The notes under the pieces were generated by a model, which was not told where the DNA came from, did no database searches, and was given only the letters and a program-made list of their open reading frames with translations. Of a stretch of 34,102 bases of DNA, positions 1 through 8,747 are shown in pieces. The first letter of the stretch is position 1, and the number at the start of each line of letters is the position of its first letter. The DNA comes from Malassezia furfur (Eukaryota), in the NCBI GenBank assembly GCA_052055015.1, contig JBQJIT010000077.1, one strand, 5' to 3'. Both the position numbers and the translations under genes were made by a program.

Positions 1-1358
1 CGGCGCCCGCCGCGCCTGCGCCCGACGCCGTGAAGCGCGAGGGCGACGCCGGCGACATCACGCTCGAGCTGCGCCGCTCCGTGTTCCAGTCCACGCTGAA
101 GGGCTCGCGCCCGGTCGACTACGCCGAGGCCAACTCGCTCGCCGCCGCGGCGCAGCGCGAGCTCGACACGACCGACGCCAAGCCGGCGTACGCATGCGAC
201 ACGTGCGGCGCCGACTGCACCGCGTCGCGCTACCAGAGCACGCGCGCCAAGGACTTTGCGCTGTGCCCCAACTGCTACCTCGAGGGCCGCTTCCCCACGT
301 CGATGTACTCGGGCGACTTTGTGCGCCTCGAAGACGCCGTGTTCAAGCAGAACGGCGGCGCCGGCGGCGCGTCCGACGACGACTGGACCGACGAGGAGAC
401 GCTCAAGCTCCTCGAGGGGCTCGAGATGCACGACGAGGACTGGGGCGCGATCGCGCTGCACGTCGGCACCCGCTCGCGCGAGCAGTGCATCACCAAGTTT
501 ATCCAGCTGCCCATCCAGGACAAGTACCTGCACGGCGCCGCACAGTCGGACCTCGGGCCGCTGCAGTACGCGCCCCGCGACGGCAGCGCGCCGCACGTGC
601 CGCTTGTGCCGTTTGCGCACGCCGAGAACCCGGTGATGAGCGTCGTGTCGCTGCTCGCCAGCGCGGTGAGCCCCGCGGTGGCGTCCGCCGCGGCACAGAG
701 CGCCCTGGGCGAGCTGACTGACGGGATCAAGCGGCGCATCGCCGCCTCGGCACAGCAGGGCACCGACGCACCCGCGCCGGCCGCCGGCGCAAAGGAGGCG
801 CAGGGCGACGCGCCGGACACCAAGGCAGGCGCCCAGGACGACGCCATGCACGTCGACCCCCCGTCCACCTCCGCCGAGACGCCCGCCGACGCCGCGGCGA
901 GCGACGCGCCGGCGGACGCGGCGATCCCGCGCACGGACGTCGAGCGCGCCGCGTCCGTGGCGTTGGGCGCCGCGGCGTCCAAGGCGTACGTCCTGGCATC
1001 GTACGAGGAGCGCGAGTGCCAGCGCCTCGTGCAGCAGATCATCGAGGCGCAGCTCAAGAAGATGCAGCTCAAGATGGCGCAGTTCGAAGAGCTCGAGACG
1101 CTCCTCGACGCCGAGCGCCGCTCGATCGAGGCGGGGCGCAAGCAGCTGTACGCCGACCGCCTCGCGGTGCAGCGCCAGCTTGCGGCGGTCAACGAGCTGC
1201 TGCGCAAGGCCAGCACCGCGCCGCAGGACGTGCGCCCGGACGAGGTGGCGAGCGTGCAGAGCAGCGCCCAGGGCCTCCCGCAGCAGGGGCCCATCGTGCG
1301 CCAGGGACCGCCGGCGCCTGCCGCGCCGTCGAATGGCGCACTGGGGCGCATGGAGTAA
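1..1358 (+). CDS. SWI/SNF-RSC chromatin remodelling subunit (Rsc8/Swi3/Ssr2, SMARCC family), 5'-truncated by the window edge
   Basis: Frame is open from the window start. ZZ-type zinc finger (CDTCGADC...LCPNCYLEGRFP), SANT domain (WTDEETLKLLEGLE...W..IA.HVGTRSREQCI.KF..LPI), PFAHAENPVMSVV motif and C-terminal coiled coil (EERECQRLV...QLKKMQLKM.QFEELE). Confidence 0.93.
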   Translation, partial: APAAPAPDAVKREGDAGDITLELRRSVFQSTLKGSRPVDYAEANSLAAAAQRELDTTDAKPAYACDTCGADCTASRYQSTRAKDFALCPNCYLEGRFPTSMYSGDFVRLEDAVFKQNGGAGGASDDDWTDEETLKLLEGLEMHDEDWGAIALHVGTRSREQCITKFIQLPIQDKYLHGAAQSDLGPLQYAPRDGSAPHVPLVPFAHAENPVMSVVSLLASAVSPAVASAAAQSALGELTDGIKRRIAASAQQGTDAPAPAAGAKEAQGDAPDTKAGAQDDAMHVDPPSTSAETPADAAASDAPADAAIPRTDVERAASVALGAAASKAYVLASYEERECQRLVQQIIEAQLKKMQLKMAQFEELETLLDAERRSIEAGRKQLYADRLAVQRQLAAVNELLRKASTAPQDVRPDEVASVQSSAQGLPQQGPIVRQGPPAPAAPSNGALGRME

Positions 1359-1392
1359 CTGCCTCGCTCTATAGTACACGTAGGGTGCTGCG

Positions 1393-3389
1393 CTAGTGCA
1401 ACTTGTCCTTGGGCGACTCGGGCCGCGACCCAGCGTCGACGTCGGCGTCGGCGTCGCGCTCGTACGGCACCGCAATGTTGGCCCACACGGCACTCGTGCT
1501 CTCTTCGGCGTGCGGCGCATCGCGCGACGCGACCCGCCGCGCCTGCAGCTGCTCCTTGCGCTGCTCGTGCTTGCGGTTCGCCACCGTGTTGCTAAACATC
1601 GGCAGCAGGTAGCGCTCGTCGATCCGCTGGAACCACTGGCCGTCCTGGAAGATGAGGTTCGCGCGGTCCAGCATGTGCCGCGCACGCAGCGCCGCATCGG
1701 ACATCGGGCCGGCCTCCTCGTCGTCCAGCTCGTCGCGCGTGAGACTCCGCAGGCCGCCAGGGCCAGCGACCATCACCTGCGGCGCATCGGCCGCCGCGCC
1801 CCGGTCGGGCAGCACCTCGTTCGTGTCCTCGGGCGGGGCACTCATGTCGCGGTACCGCTCCGGGGGCATCGCCCGCATGCGCGGCGCACCGCCCCCGCGG
1901 CCCACGCGCATCCAGGGCTGGGCGTCGGGGTCCTCATCGGCGTCCGCGACGGAATCGTCGTCCTCGTCATCCTCGACGCCCGTCTCGATCTGCAGCACCT
2001 CGAGCATCTGCGCAGTGGTCCCGCCAAACACGATCACGGTCAGCACCACCACCACCAGCACGGTGGTTTGCAGCGCACTGGCATTCGGACCCGACATGCC
2101 CGCGCTCAGCGCAAAGCCCACCGCACCACGCAGCCCTGCCCAGAAGAGCATCAGCTGGTACTCGCGCGGGAGCTCAAACGAGACGTCGGGCACACCTGCG
2201 CCCAGCGCCCGGCGCCGGCGCTGCGCACGCAGCTGTGCGAGGCGGTTCAGCAGGTACGCCAGCGGGAACACGGCGCAGTAGCGCGACGCAATCACCGCCG
2301 CCAGCGTAAACAGGATGAGCAGGGGCTGGTACACGAGGTGCTCGCCCGTAAACAGGCTGAGCCCCAGGTAGATAAAGATGAAGTTTTCCGAGAGGCTCGC
2401 AAGCGTCTGGAAAATGTACTTGGTGGTGCGCTGCGTGCGCATCGACATGTTGTGGTAGGCATAGTGCTTGAGCGTGATACCGCAGAACAGCAGCGACACA
2501 ATTCCGCTCATCTGCACGGCGTTGCTGAAAAAGTAGCTCGTGTACGCAATCAGCATCACGATGCAGCTCTCCAGCTCAGGGTACAGCCCGAGGCGCGAAT
2601 GCTTGAGCAGCAGACTGCACGACAGCCCGTACAGCACGCCGAGGATCATGCTCAGCGAAAACACCACACCGAACAGCGCCATACCGTGGAACACGGAGAA
2701 GAGCGTGATCTGGGTGTTTTGGAACTTGGACAGCGTCTCGAACATGACAATCGACACGGCATCGTTCAAAATGCTCTCACCAAAGATGATGCTGTACAGC
2801 TGGGGATCCACACGGTAGGTGTTGAAAATCGCCAAAATCGTCACCGGGTCCGTTGCACTCAGCGTGCTCCCAAAGATGAGGCACTCGAGCAGCGACAGGT
2901 GCGGCGCTTCGAGCCGCAGCACCGATGCAAGCCAGACGACCACGCTGCGTCAGTCATACACATACCCAATCACAATCGCACTGATGAATGTGCCAAACAG
3001 CGCAAACGTCAGAATCGTGCCAAAGTTGCGGAAAAACTTTGCCTGGCGCAGATCGTACCCGCTCGCGAGAATGATCGGCGGAAGCAGCACATTCATCATG
3101 ATGGTGTTGCTAAAGCCAAGCATCTCACGGACGGGCTTTAGTACATTGATGCGCAGGAGAATACCGACAAACATGCCTGTGCGTGAGCCTTCCACGTACC
3201 CGCAAACAGGCCGACGATCGTCTCGTGCACGGCCGTAATGCGCTTCACTTTGAGGTAGTAACTCGTCAGAAAACTACCAATGAGCAAAAAGAGGACCAGG
3301 AACAGGGCCAGCGAGGAGAACCACTCGTTCTCTTCCGCATCCAGGATTGGCGTCACGCCCACCCCGGGGCTCGTTGCCGTTGCGCTCAT
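1393..3389 (-). CDS. NHX1: Endosomal/prevacuolar Na+(K+)/H+ exchanger (CPA1 family). Exons 3389-3200, 3176-2966, 2944-1393; ~650 aa
   Basis: LLPPII..SGY, FFRNFGTILTFA, SATDPV, FGESILNDAVSIV and WAGLRGAVG motifs. Introns 3199-3177 (23 nt) and 2965-2945 (21 nt, contains an in-frame TGA) restore the frame. An alternative in-frame ATG lies at 3446. Confidence 0.93.
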
Positions 3390-3444
3390 TTCCGCCGTTG
3401 TGGGTGGGACCGTGGGGCTCGGAAAGATGTACGCCTCCACATCC

Positions 3445-3981
3445 ATGGCCGAGATTGGCCAGAAAACGACGCAGCTCCACGCCCTTGAGCAGGCGTGCGC
3501 GGTGCGCCGCGCCATCCTCGCAGCGTACGTCGCTCGCTCACCCAGTGCCGAGAGCTCGTTTGCGGTCATCACCGAGCTCCAGCGCACGCCGCCGCAACAG
3601 GAACAGGATGCGGCCGAAGCTGCACCGACGCACGACGCTCGCGCTCTGCTCCGCGAGCGCGACGACCTCGCGTTCGACGTGCTCACAACACAGCGCGAGC
3701 TTGACTCTGTTCGCGAAGAAAGCCAGAACCTCGAAGACGAGATCCAACGTACGTCTCCCTCTGACACAGACCTTCGCGCACGGGCCGTATCGGCGATGCA
3801 TGACGTCCAAGAAACGGAGTCTATGGTACAAAACGATCCCACCAAGCGCCAGAGAGAGCTTTTGCGCGGTGTGATTCTCGTACGTGATAGATTAACCCAG
3901 GGTTTGGCGCTGCGGTCCGAAACGCCGTGGTACGAAGACCCAGAGTTGACCGAGCTGGTCCTCTCGATGGACGGGCCGTAA
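3445..3981 (+). CDS. Small coiled-coil protein, probable CENP-H/Fta3/Mcm16-like inner kinetochore subunit; probable in-frame 21-nt introns at 3749-3769 and 3880-3900
   Basis: After splicing the C-terminus reads LLRGVILGLALRSETPWYEDPELTELVL, resembling the CENP-H C-terminal signature (LI..SG.dW..D..L...VL). LLRERDDLA coiled coil upstream. Introns are GTACGT..CTGACACAG and GTACGT..TTAACCCAG. Confidence 0.65.
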   Translation: MAEIGQKTTQLHALEQACAVRRAILAAYVARSPSAESSFAVITELQRTPPQQEQDAAEAAPTHDARALLRERDDLAFDVLTTQRELDSVREESQNLEDEIQRTSPSDTDLRARAVSAMHDVQETESMVQNDPTKRQRELLRGVILVRDRLTQGLALRSETPWYEDPELTELVLSMDGP

Positions 3982-4291
3982 TGGAGACTGCCAGACAAGA
4001 GTTCCAGCAAGAAAGATGCCTCGCGTACGTTCTCTGGCCGCGCCTGCTGCCCAGGCTTGGCACGGTGGTACTCCACGGCGCAGAAGCCCCACTTTTCTGT
4101 AGATACAAAAGATACCCCGCCTACCCCAGTAACTAGTTGGTAACCCGTACTATGTGGTACCTCTGCTACCGGCGTATCCACGAACACTGCGTGGATGTAC
4201 ACATCGGTCAGCCTGGCCAGCTCCGCACAGAGTCGACGACTGCCTCCGCATGCGCCGCGGCCGTGACGCCTCCACATTCGTATCTTCCACG

Positions 4292-6269
4292 ATGCTGGAC
4301 CAGTTCGTGATCCTGTCCAAATGTACGCACGCGCCGACTCACCGCAGCGGGATCGATCTTATGGTCCAAGTCGTTCACGCCGTCGACTGCCAATCTAGAT
4401 ATCGTGAACCAGGTGATTCGCGGGACATTTCTGGAAGAACGAACCGCCCAGCAAAAAGTGGACGTCGGTGCATGCACCGTGAGGTGGTCGTTTGCCAACT
4501 CGCTCGACCTCGTGTTTCTCGTACGTGGCCTACTGACCCAGGCGGTATACCAGCGTATTTTGCAACTGACCTACGTCGATGCCTTCCTCGAGTCGGTCCA
4601 AGCCGCTTTTACACAGCGCTATGCCTCCGTGCTCAAGACGCTGCCTTCTAGTACCACATCGCCCGACGCCCTGCGTGCGTATGCAGAGAGCATGAGCGAA
4701 TGGGCGACGCAGTTTCAGCAGCTTCTGCGCCGCGCCGAGCACGGTGCGCCGCGCCGCGCTGCGCTCGAGGAGCAGACGCCCAACCTGCCGAGCCCCACCG
4801 CGGAGACGCCGTCGCCGGGTGCCGCCGCGAAGAAGCCGGCGCCTGCCCGGCTAGGCCCCAAGGCGATGGCCGGCCCAGGCGGCCAGCGGATTGTTTCGAA
4901 AGGGAAAAAGGGGAAGCAGACCAGCGCCGCGCCGTCCACCCCACCGGCAGCCGCACCCGAGCCCAAGAAAGCCGGGAAGGAGCGCCGCAAGTGGGGTGCC
5001 GACGGCCAAGCCTTGGAAACGAGCGACGAGAATGCGCTCGATTTTAGCTCGGCAGCCGCCGAAGCGGACGACTCCGTGAACCTGTCGCAATGGATTGACG
5101 AGTCCAAGCTCGGCAAGACGCGCGAAGATGGCCTGTACGAGATTGCCGACGACGACGGAGCGGCGCCGCCCGCCGACGACGACGCACCACTTGGTTTTCT
5201 GGGCAATATCCGCACCAAGGCCGGTGGTTTCTCCATGTCGCGTCTGCTGGGCGGCAAAGACGCGCTGACCGAGGCGGATCTGGCGCCGGTCGTGCAGGCG
5301 ATGCAGGTGCATCTCCAGTCGAAGAACGTGGCGAATGACGTGGCCGCGCTCATTTGCGATGGTGTGCAGCGTCGGCTGGTGGGCAAGCGACTCTCAACGT
5401 TCGGTAGCGTCAAGGCCGAGGTGCGCAAGTCGCTCGAAGAGTCCATCACGCGGATTCTTACGCCGAGTACCTCGACGGATATCCTGCTCGAGATTGCCAG
5501 CAAGAAGCAGCGGCGGGACGAGCTGCTGAGCACTGTGCCGGGTGCGGCGTCGCGCAACGCGCGCACCGTATCGCCGGCGCTCAACCCGTACGCCATGTGC
5601 TTTGTCGGGGTCAATGGCGTGGGCAAATCCACCAATCTCGCCAAGGTGTGCTTCTGGCTGCTGCAGAACCGGTACCGTGTGCTGATCGCGGCATGCGACA
5701 CCTTCCGCAGCGGCGCCGTGGAGCAGCTGCGCACGCACGTGCGGAATCTAGGCCAGCTCGAGATCGATGGGCGCCCTGTCGCGGCCGGCGACGAGCAGGG
5801 CGCGCCGCGGCTCGAGCTGTACGAGCGTGGCTACGGCAAGGACGCGGCCGGCATCGCCAAGGATGCGCTGGCGCATGCGCGGCAGCAATGGTTTGACGTG
5901 GTGCTCATCGATACGGCTGGACGGATGCAGGACAACGAACCGCTGATGCGTGCGCTGGCGAAACTGATCGCGGTCAATGCGCCGGACAAGGTGCTGTTTG
6001 TTGGCGAGGCGCTCGTCGGGAACGAGGCGGTGGACCAGCTGACCAAGTTCAACCGCGCGCTGAAGGACTACAGTGGCGTGTCGAACCCCCGTGGGCTGGA
6101 CGGGTGCCTGCTGACCAAGTGGGACACGGTCGACGATAAGGTCGGCACGGCGCTGACGTCGACGTGGGCGACCGGCCTGCCCATCTTCTTTGTGGGCACG
6201 GGCCAAACGTACACGGATCTGCGCCAGCTGCGCGTGCATCACGTAGTCAACGCACTGTTGCGGGGATAG
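4292..6269 (+). CDS. SRP101: Signal recognition particle receptor alpha subunit; introns 4323-4347 (25 nt) and 4521-4541 (21 nt)
   Basis: Spliced N-terminus MLDQFVILSKSGSILWSKSF (SRX domain) and VYQRILQLTYVD. GTPase motifs GVNGVGKSTNLAK, DTFRSGAVEQL, DTAGRMQ, TKWDTVDDKVG, GTGQTYTDL. Confidence 0.96.
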
Positions 6270-6334
6270 GCGAGTATGGTATGTGCATTTCGGTGGTGGT
6301 CTATCTCAATCGGGCCGGCGCCTCTGCGGCTGCG

Positions 6335-7495
6335 TCAGCCGCGCGACTCGAACAGCACTTCGGCACGGCCCAGCGGCTGCGGCGTATAGCGGTGCGACCC
6401 AAGCTGGCCGGCCGCGTGCTGCAGCGAGTGTGGCACAGGCGTGTTGCCTGCAAAGGTATCGTCCAGTGTCGAAGTGGGCAAGTCGAACGAGCCGTTGGGC
6501 CGCTCGGCGAGGTAGAGCCGCCGCAGCGCGTCTTCCGCTGCGCGGAACTCGGCCATGCGGATCGAGCTGCCGGTGCCCTCCCCGAGCTTGACCGCGCCGC
6601 TGTACACACCCACAACGAACACCGGGGAGATGCTTTTGCGGCCCGTCTCGGCCAACAGACGGCTCTGCGGCGCGGGCTTCTTGTATTTTTTGCACGTGGC
6701 CGACAGCACGCGCTTCGGGTCCTGGAACTTGATCAGGCTTGCCAGATCCAGGCGGCGCGAGAGCAGCTGGCTCTGCACAAAGCCGCGCGCGGCCGCCATG
6801 CCGAGCTCCTGGAAGACGACGGCGACCATGGCGCGCATGGACTGCGCCGCCACGTCCTTGCTCAAGAGCGGCGCAGTCGACGGCGTATGCGGCTTAGGCG
6901 CGTCGCGCTGGACGACCGCAGCGCCCGTACGGTCCCACCGCTGGACGCCCTGCGCAAGGATGCCGAGATCAGCGCCGACATCCGCCAGGGTGCTTGGCCC
7001 GACGTAGGCGCTCACAAACGCTTTGAGCACCCGTGTCGGAAGATGCGGGTACTTCAAGTGGAAGTGCTCTGAGGCAATCAGCCCAAGCAGCGCATTGCCG
7101 AGCGTCGCGAGCTGCGCATTGTGCGCCACGCTCTCGTGCAGCTCCGGGACCTGCTGCCGCGCCTCGGTCGAGAGCGGGAGATCGGCAGCGGCCGCCTGCA
7201 CACGCAGTACGCTCGGGTGCGTGCATGCGGTGCGCACCAGCTCCATCCTCCGCGCGCGCTCGGCCATCCCGAGCGACGTGGGCAGCAAGTGGAAGCGTGC
7301 GCCAACCGCGGCGACGGCCGACGGCACCTGGGCGCGCAGCGACGCCCAGACCTGGGGGTGCGTGCGCGCGAGCTCGGGGAGGTGCCCCACGGGCGCGTCC
7401 CCGGTCGTCACCCACTCGGCGCTGTTCGCCACCGGCGTCGCATTGCGCCAGACGCTCGCCGTGCTAAACGCCCGCCGCAGAATCCCTCCTCGCAT
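6335..7495 (-). CDS. MRPL3: Mitochondrial large-subunit ribosomal protein mL44 (RNase III-like plus dsRBD)
   Basis: Presequence-like start MRGGILRRAFSTAS. HNAQLATLGNALLG (degenerate RNase III motif), KYPHLPTRVL, SRLLAETGRKSISPVFVVGVYSG..KLGEG.GSSI.MAEFRAAEDAL. Confidence 0.88.
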   Translation of the reverse strand: MRGGILRRAFSTASVWRNATPVANSAEWVTTGDAPVGHLPELARTHPQVWASLRAQVPSAVAAVGARFHLLPTSLGMAERARRMELVRTACTHPSVLRVQAAAADLPLSTEARQQVPELHESVAHNAQLATLGNALLGLIASEHFHLKYPHLPTRVLKAFVSAYVGPSTLADVGADLGILAQGVQRWDRTGAAVVQRDAPKPHTPSTAPLLSKDVAAQSMRAMVAVVFQELGMAAARGFVQSQLLSRRLDLASLIKFQDPKRVLSATCKKYKKPAPQSRLLAETGRKSISPVFVVGVYSGAVKLGEGTGSSIRMAEFRAAEDALRRLYLAERPNGSFDLPTSTLDDTFAGNTPVPHSLQHAAGQLGSHRYTPQPLGRAEVLFESRG

Positions 7496-7524
7496 GGCGG
7501 TCAGAACGGACAGGAAGAACACGC

Positions 7525-7544
7525 TGTCACGTGACATCACGTGC
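7525..7544. promoter_or_regulatory. Tandem E-boxes (TGTCACGTGACA palindrome plus TCACGTG) in the 76-bp bidirectional MRPL3/LST8 promoter
   Basis: The sequence tgtcacgtgacatcacgtgc lies between the two divergent ATGs. CACGTG is the bHLH (Cbf1/Pho4/SREBP-type) core. Confidence 0.5.
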
Positions 7545-7571
7545 ACGGCGCGCGGCCCTCGCCCGCCCACG

Positions 7572-8738
7572 ATGGCCTCGGAGCGCCTGCTGCCGACGCG
7601 CGCGCCGGCGCAGGTGCCGGTTGCGGCCGCCAACCAAGTCTCTTTCCTCGAGACACCCGCCAAGGCCGCATCCAACAACGCAGAACAGATTGATCAGGAC
7701 GCCCTCTCGGTCATCCTCGTCACCGCCGGCTACGACCACACGATCCGCTTCTGGGAGGCGTGGTCGGGCGTCTGCTCGCACACCATCCAGCACCCCGACT
7801 CGCAGGTGAACCGGCTCGCGATTAGCCCCGATAAGAAACTGCTTGCTGTCGCCGGGCACAACAACGTCCGCCTGTACGACTGCAACCCGAACGGCGCCGT
7901 GATGGCCAGCGCGTCCAACACCGCTGACGCCAACGGCCGCGGGAGCCGCGTGAATCCCGTGGCGACGTTTGACGGGCACAGCGGGAATGTGACGTCGATC
8001 GCATGGCATTGCGATGCCAAGTGGCTCGTCAGTGGCAGCGAGGATGGCACGCTGAAGATCTGGGACACGCGCACGTCCCGGGCGCAGCGCGTCTACGACC
8101 ACCAAGGGATGGTCAACGACGTGGTCATTCACCCCAACCAGGGCGAGCTTGTGTCGTGCGACCAGAGCGGCAGCGTCAAGGTGTGGGACCTCGGCGAGAA
8201 TGGGTGCAGCCACGAGCTGGTGCCCGAAGAAGACGTGCCGATCCGCTCGGTGAGCATTGCGTCTGACGGCTCGTGCCTGGTTGCTGCCAACAACAAGGGA
8301 CGCGTCTATGTATGGCGCATCCAGGGCGGCGGGGGCTACGCGCCGGACGGCACACCGTTGCCGGACGACGGCGACCGCAACGAGCTGACCGACTTGTTGC
8401 CCGTAACCAAGTTCCAGGCGCACAATACCTACATCACGCGGTGTGCCCTGAGCCCCGACGCGCGCTACCTCGCGACGTGCTCGGCGGACACCACGGTGAA
8501 GATCTGGTCCACGGCCAACCTCAAGTTTGACCTCGACAAGACGCTCGTGGGCCACCAGCGGTGGGTGTGGGACGTCGCGTTCAGCGCCGACAGCGCCTAC
8601 CTGGTCACTGCCTCCTCGGACCACGTCGCGCGGCTCTGGGAGCTGTCCAGCGGCGAGACGATGCGGCAGTACAACGGCCACCACCGCGCTGCGATCTGCG
8701 TCGCGCTGAACGATGCGAGTTTGGATGTGGGATTGTAG
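7572..8738 (+). CDS. LST8: TOR complex WD40 subunit Lst8/Wat1
   Basis: SVILVTAGYDHTIRFWEA.SG.C..TIQHPDSQVNRL.I, GHQRWVWD.AFSADSAYLVTASSDH.ARLW, YNGHH.AA.C.ALND. The upstream part of the listed ORF overlaps MRPL3 antisense and is not used. Confidence 0.96.
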   Translation: MASERLLPTRAPAQVPVAAANQVSFLETPAKAASNNAEQIDQDALSVILVTAGYDHTIRFWEAWSGVCSHTIQHPDSQVNRLAISPDKKLLAVAGHNNVRLYDCNPNGAVMASASNTADANGRGSRVNPVATFDGHSGNVTSIAWHCDAKWLVSGSEDGTLKIWDTRTSRAQRVYDHQGMVNDVVIHPNQGELVSCDQSGSVKVWDLGENGCSHELVPEEDVPIRSVSIASDGSCLVAANNKGRVYVWRIQGGGGYAPDGTPLPDDGDRNELTDLLPVTKFQAHNTYITRCALSPDARYLATCSADTTVKIWSTANLKFDLDKTLVGHQRWVWDVAFSADSAYLVTASSDHVARLWELSSGETMRQYNGHHRAAICVALNDASLDVGL

Positions 8739-8747
8739 CTGTATACC

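Noticed and set aside
3138..4277. 379-aa minus-strand ORF as a long NHX1 first exon
   Set aside because: Only the last ~60-80 codons resemble NHX1. The rest is antisense to the CENP-H-like gene and spacer.
7023..7571. 183-aa N-terminal extension of the LST8 ORF, and the reciprocal extension of MRPL3 to 7678
   Set aside because: They begin at non-ATG starts and lie antisense to the neighbouring gene. Homology begins after ATG 7572 and ATG 7495 respectively.
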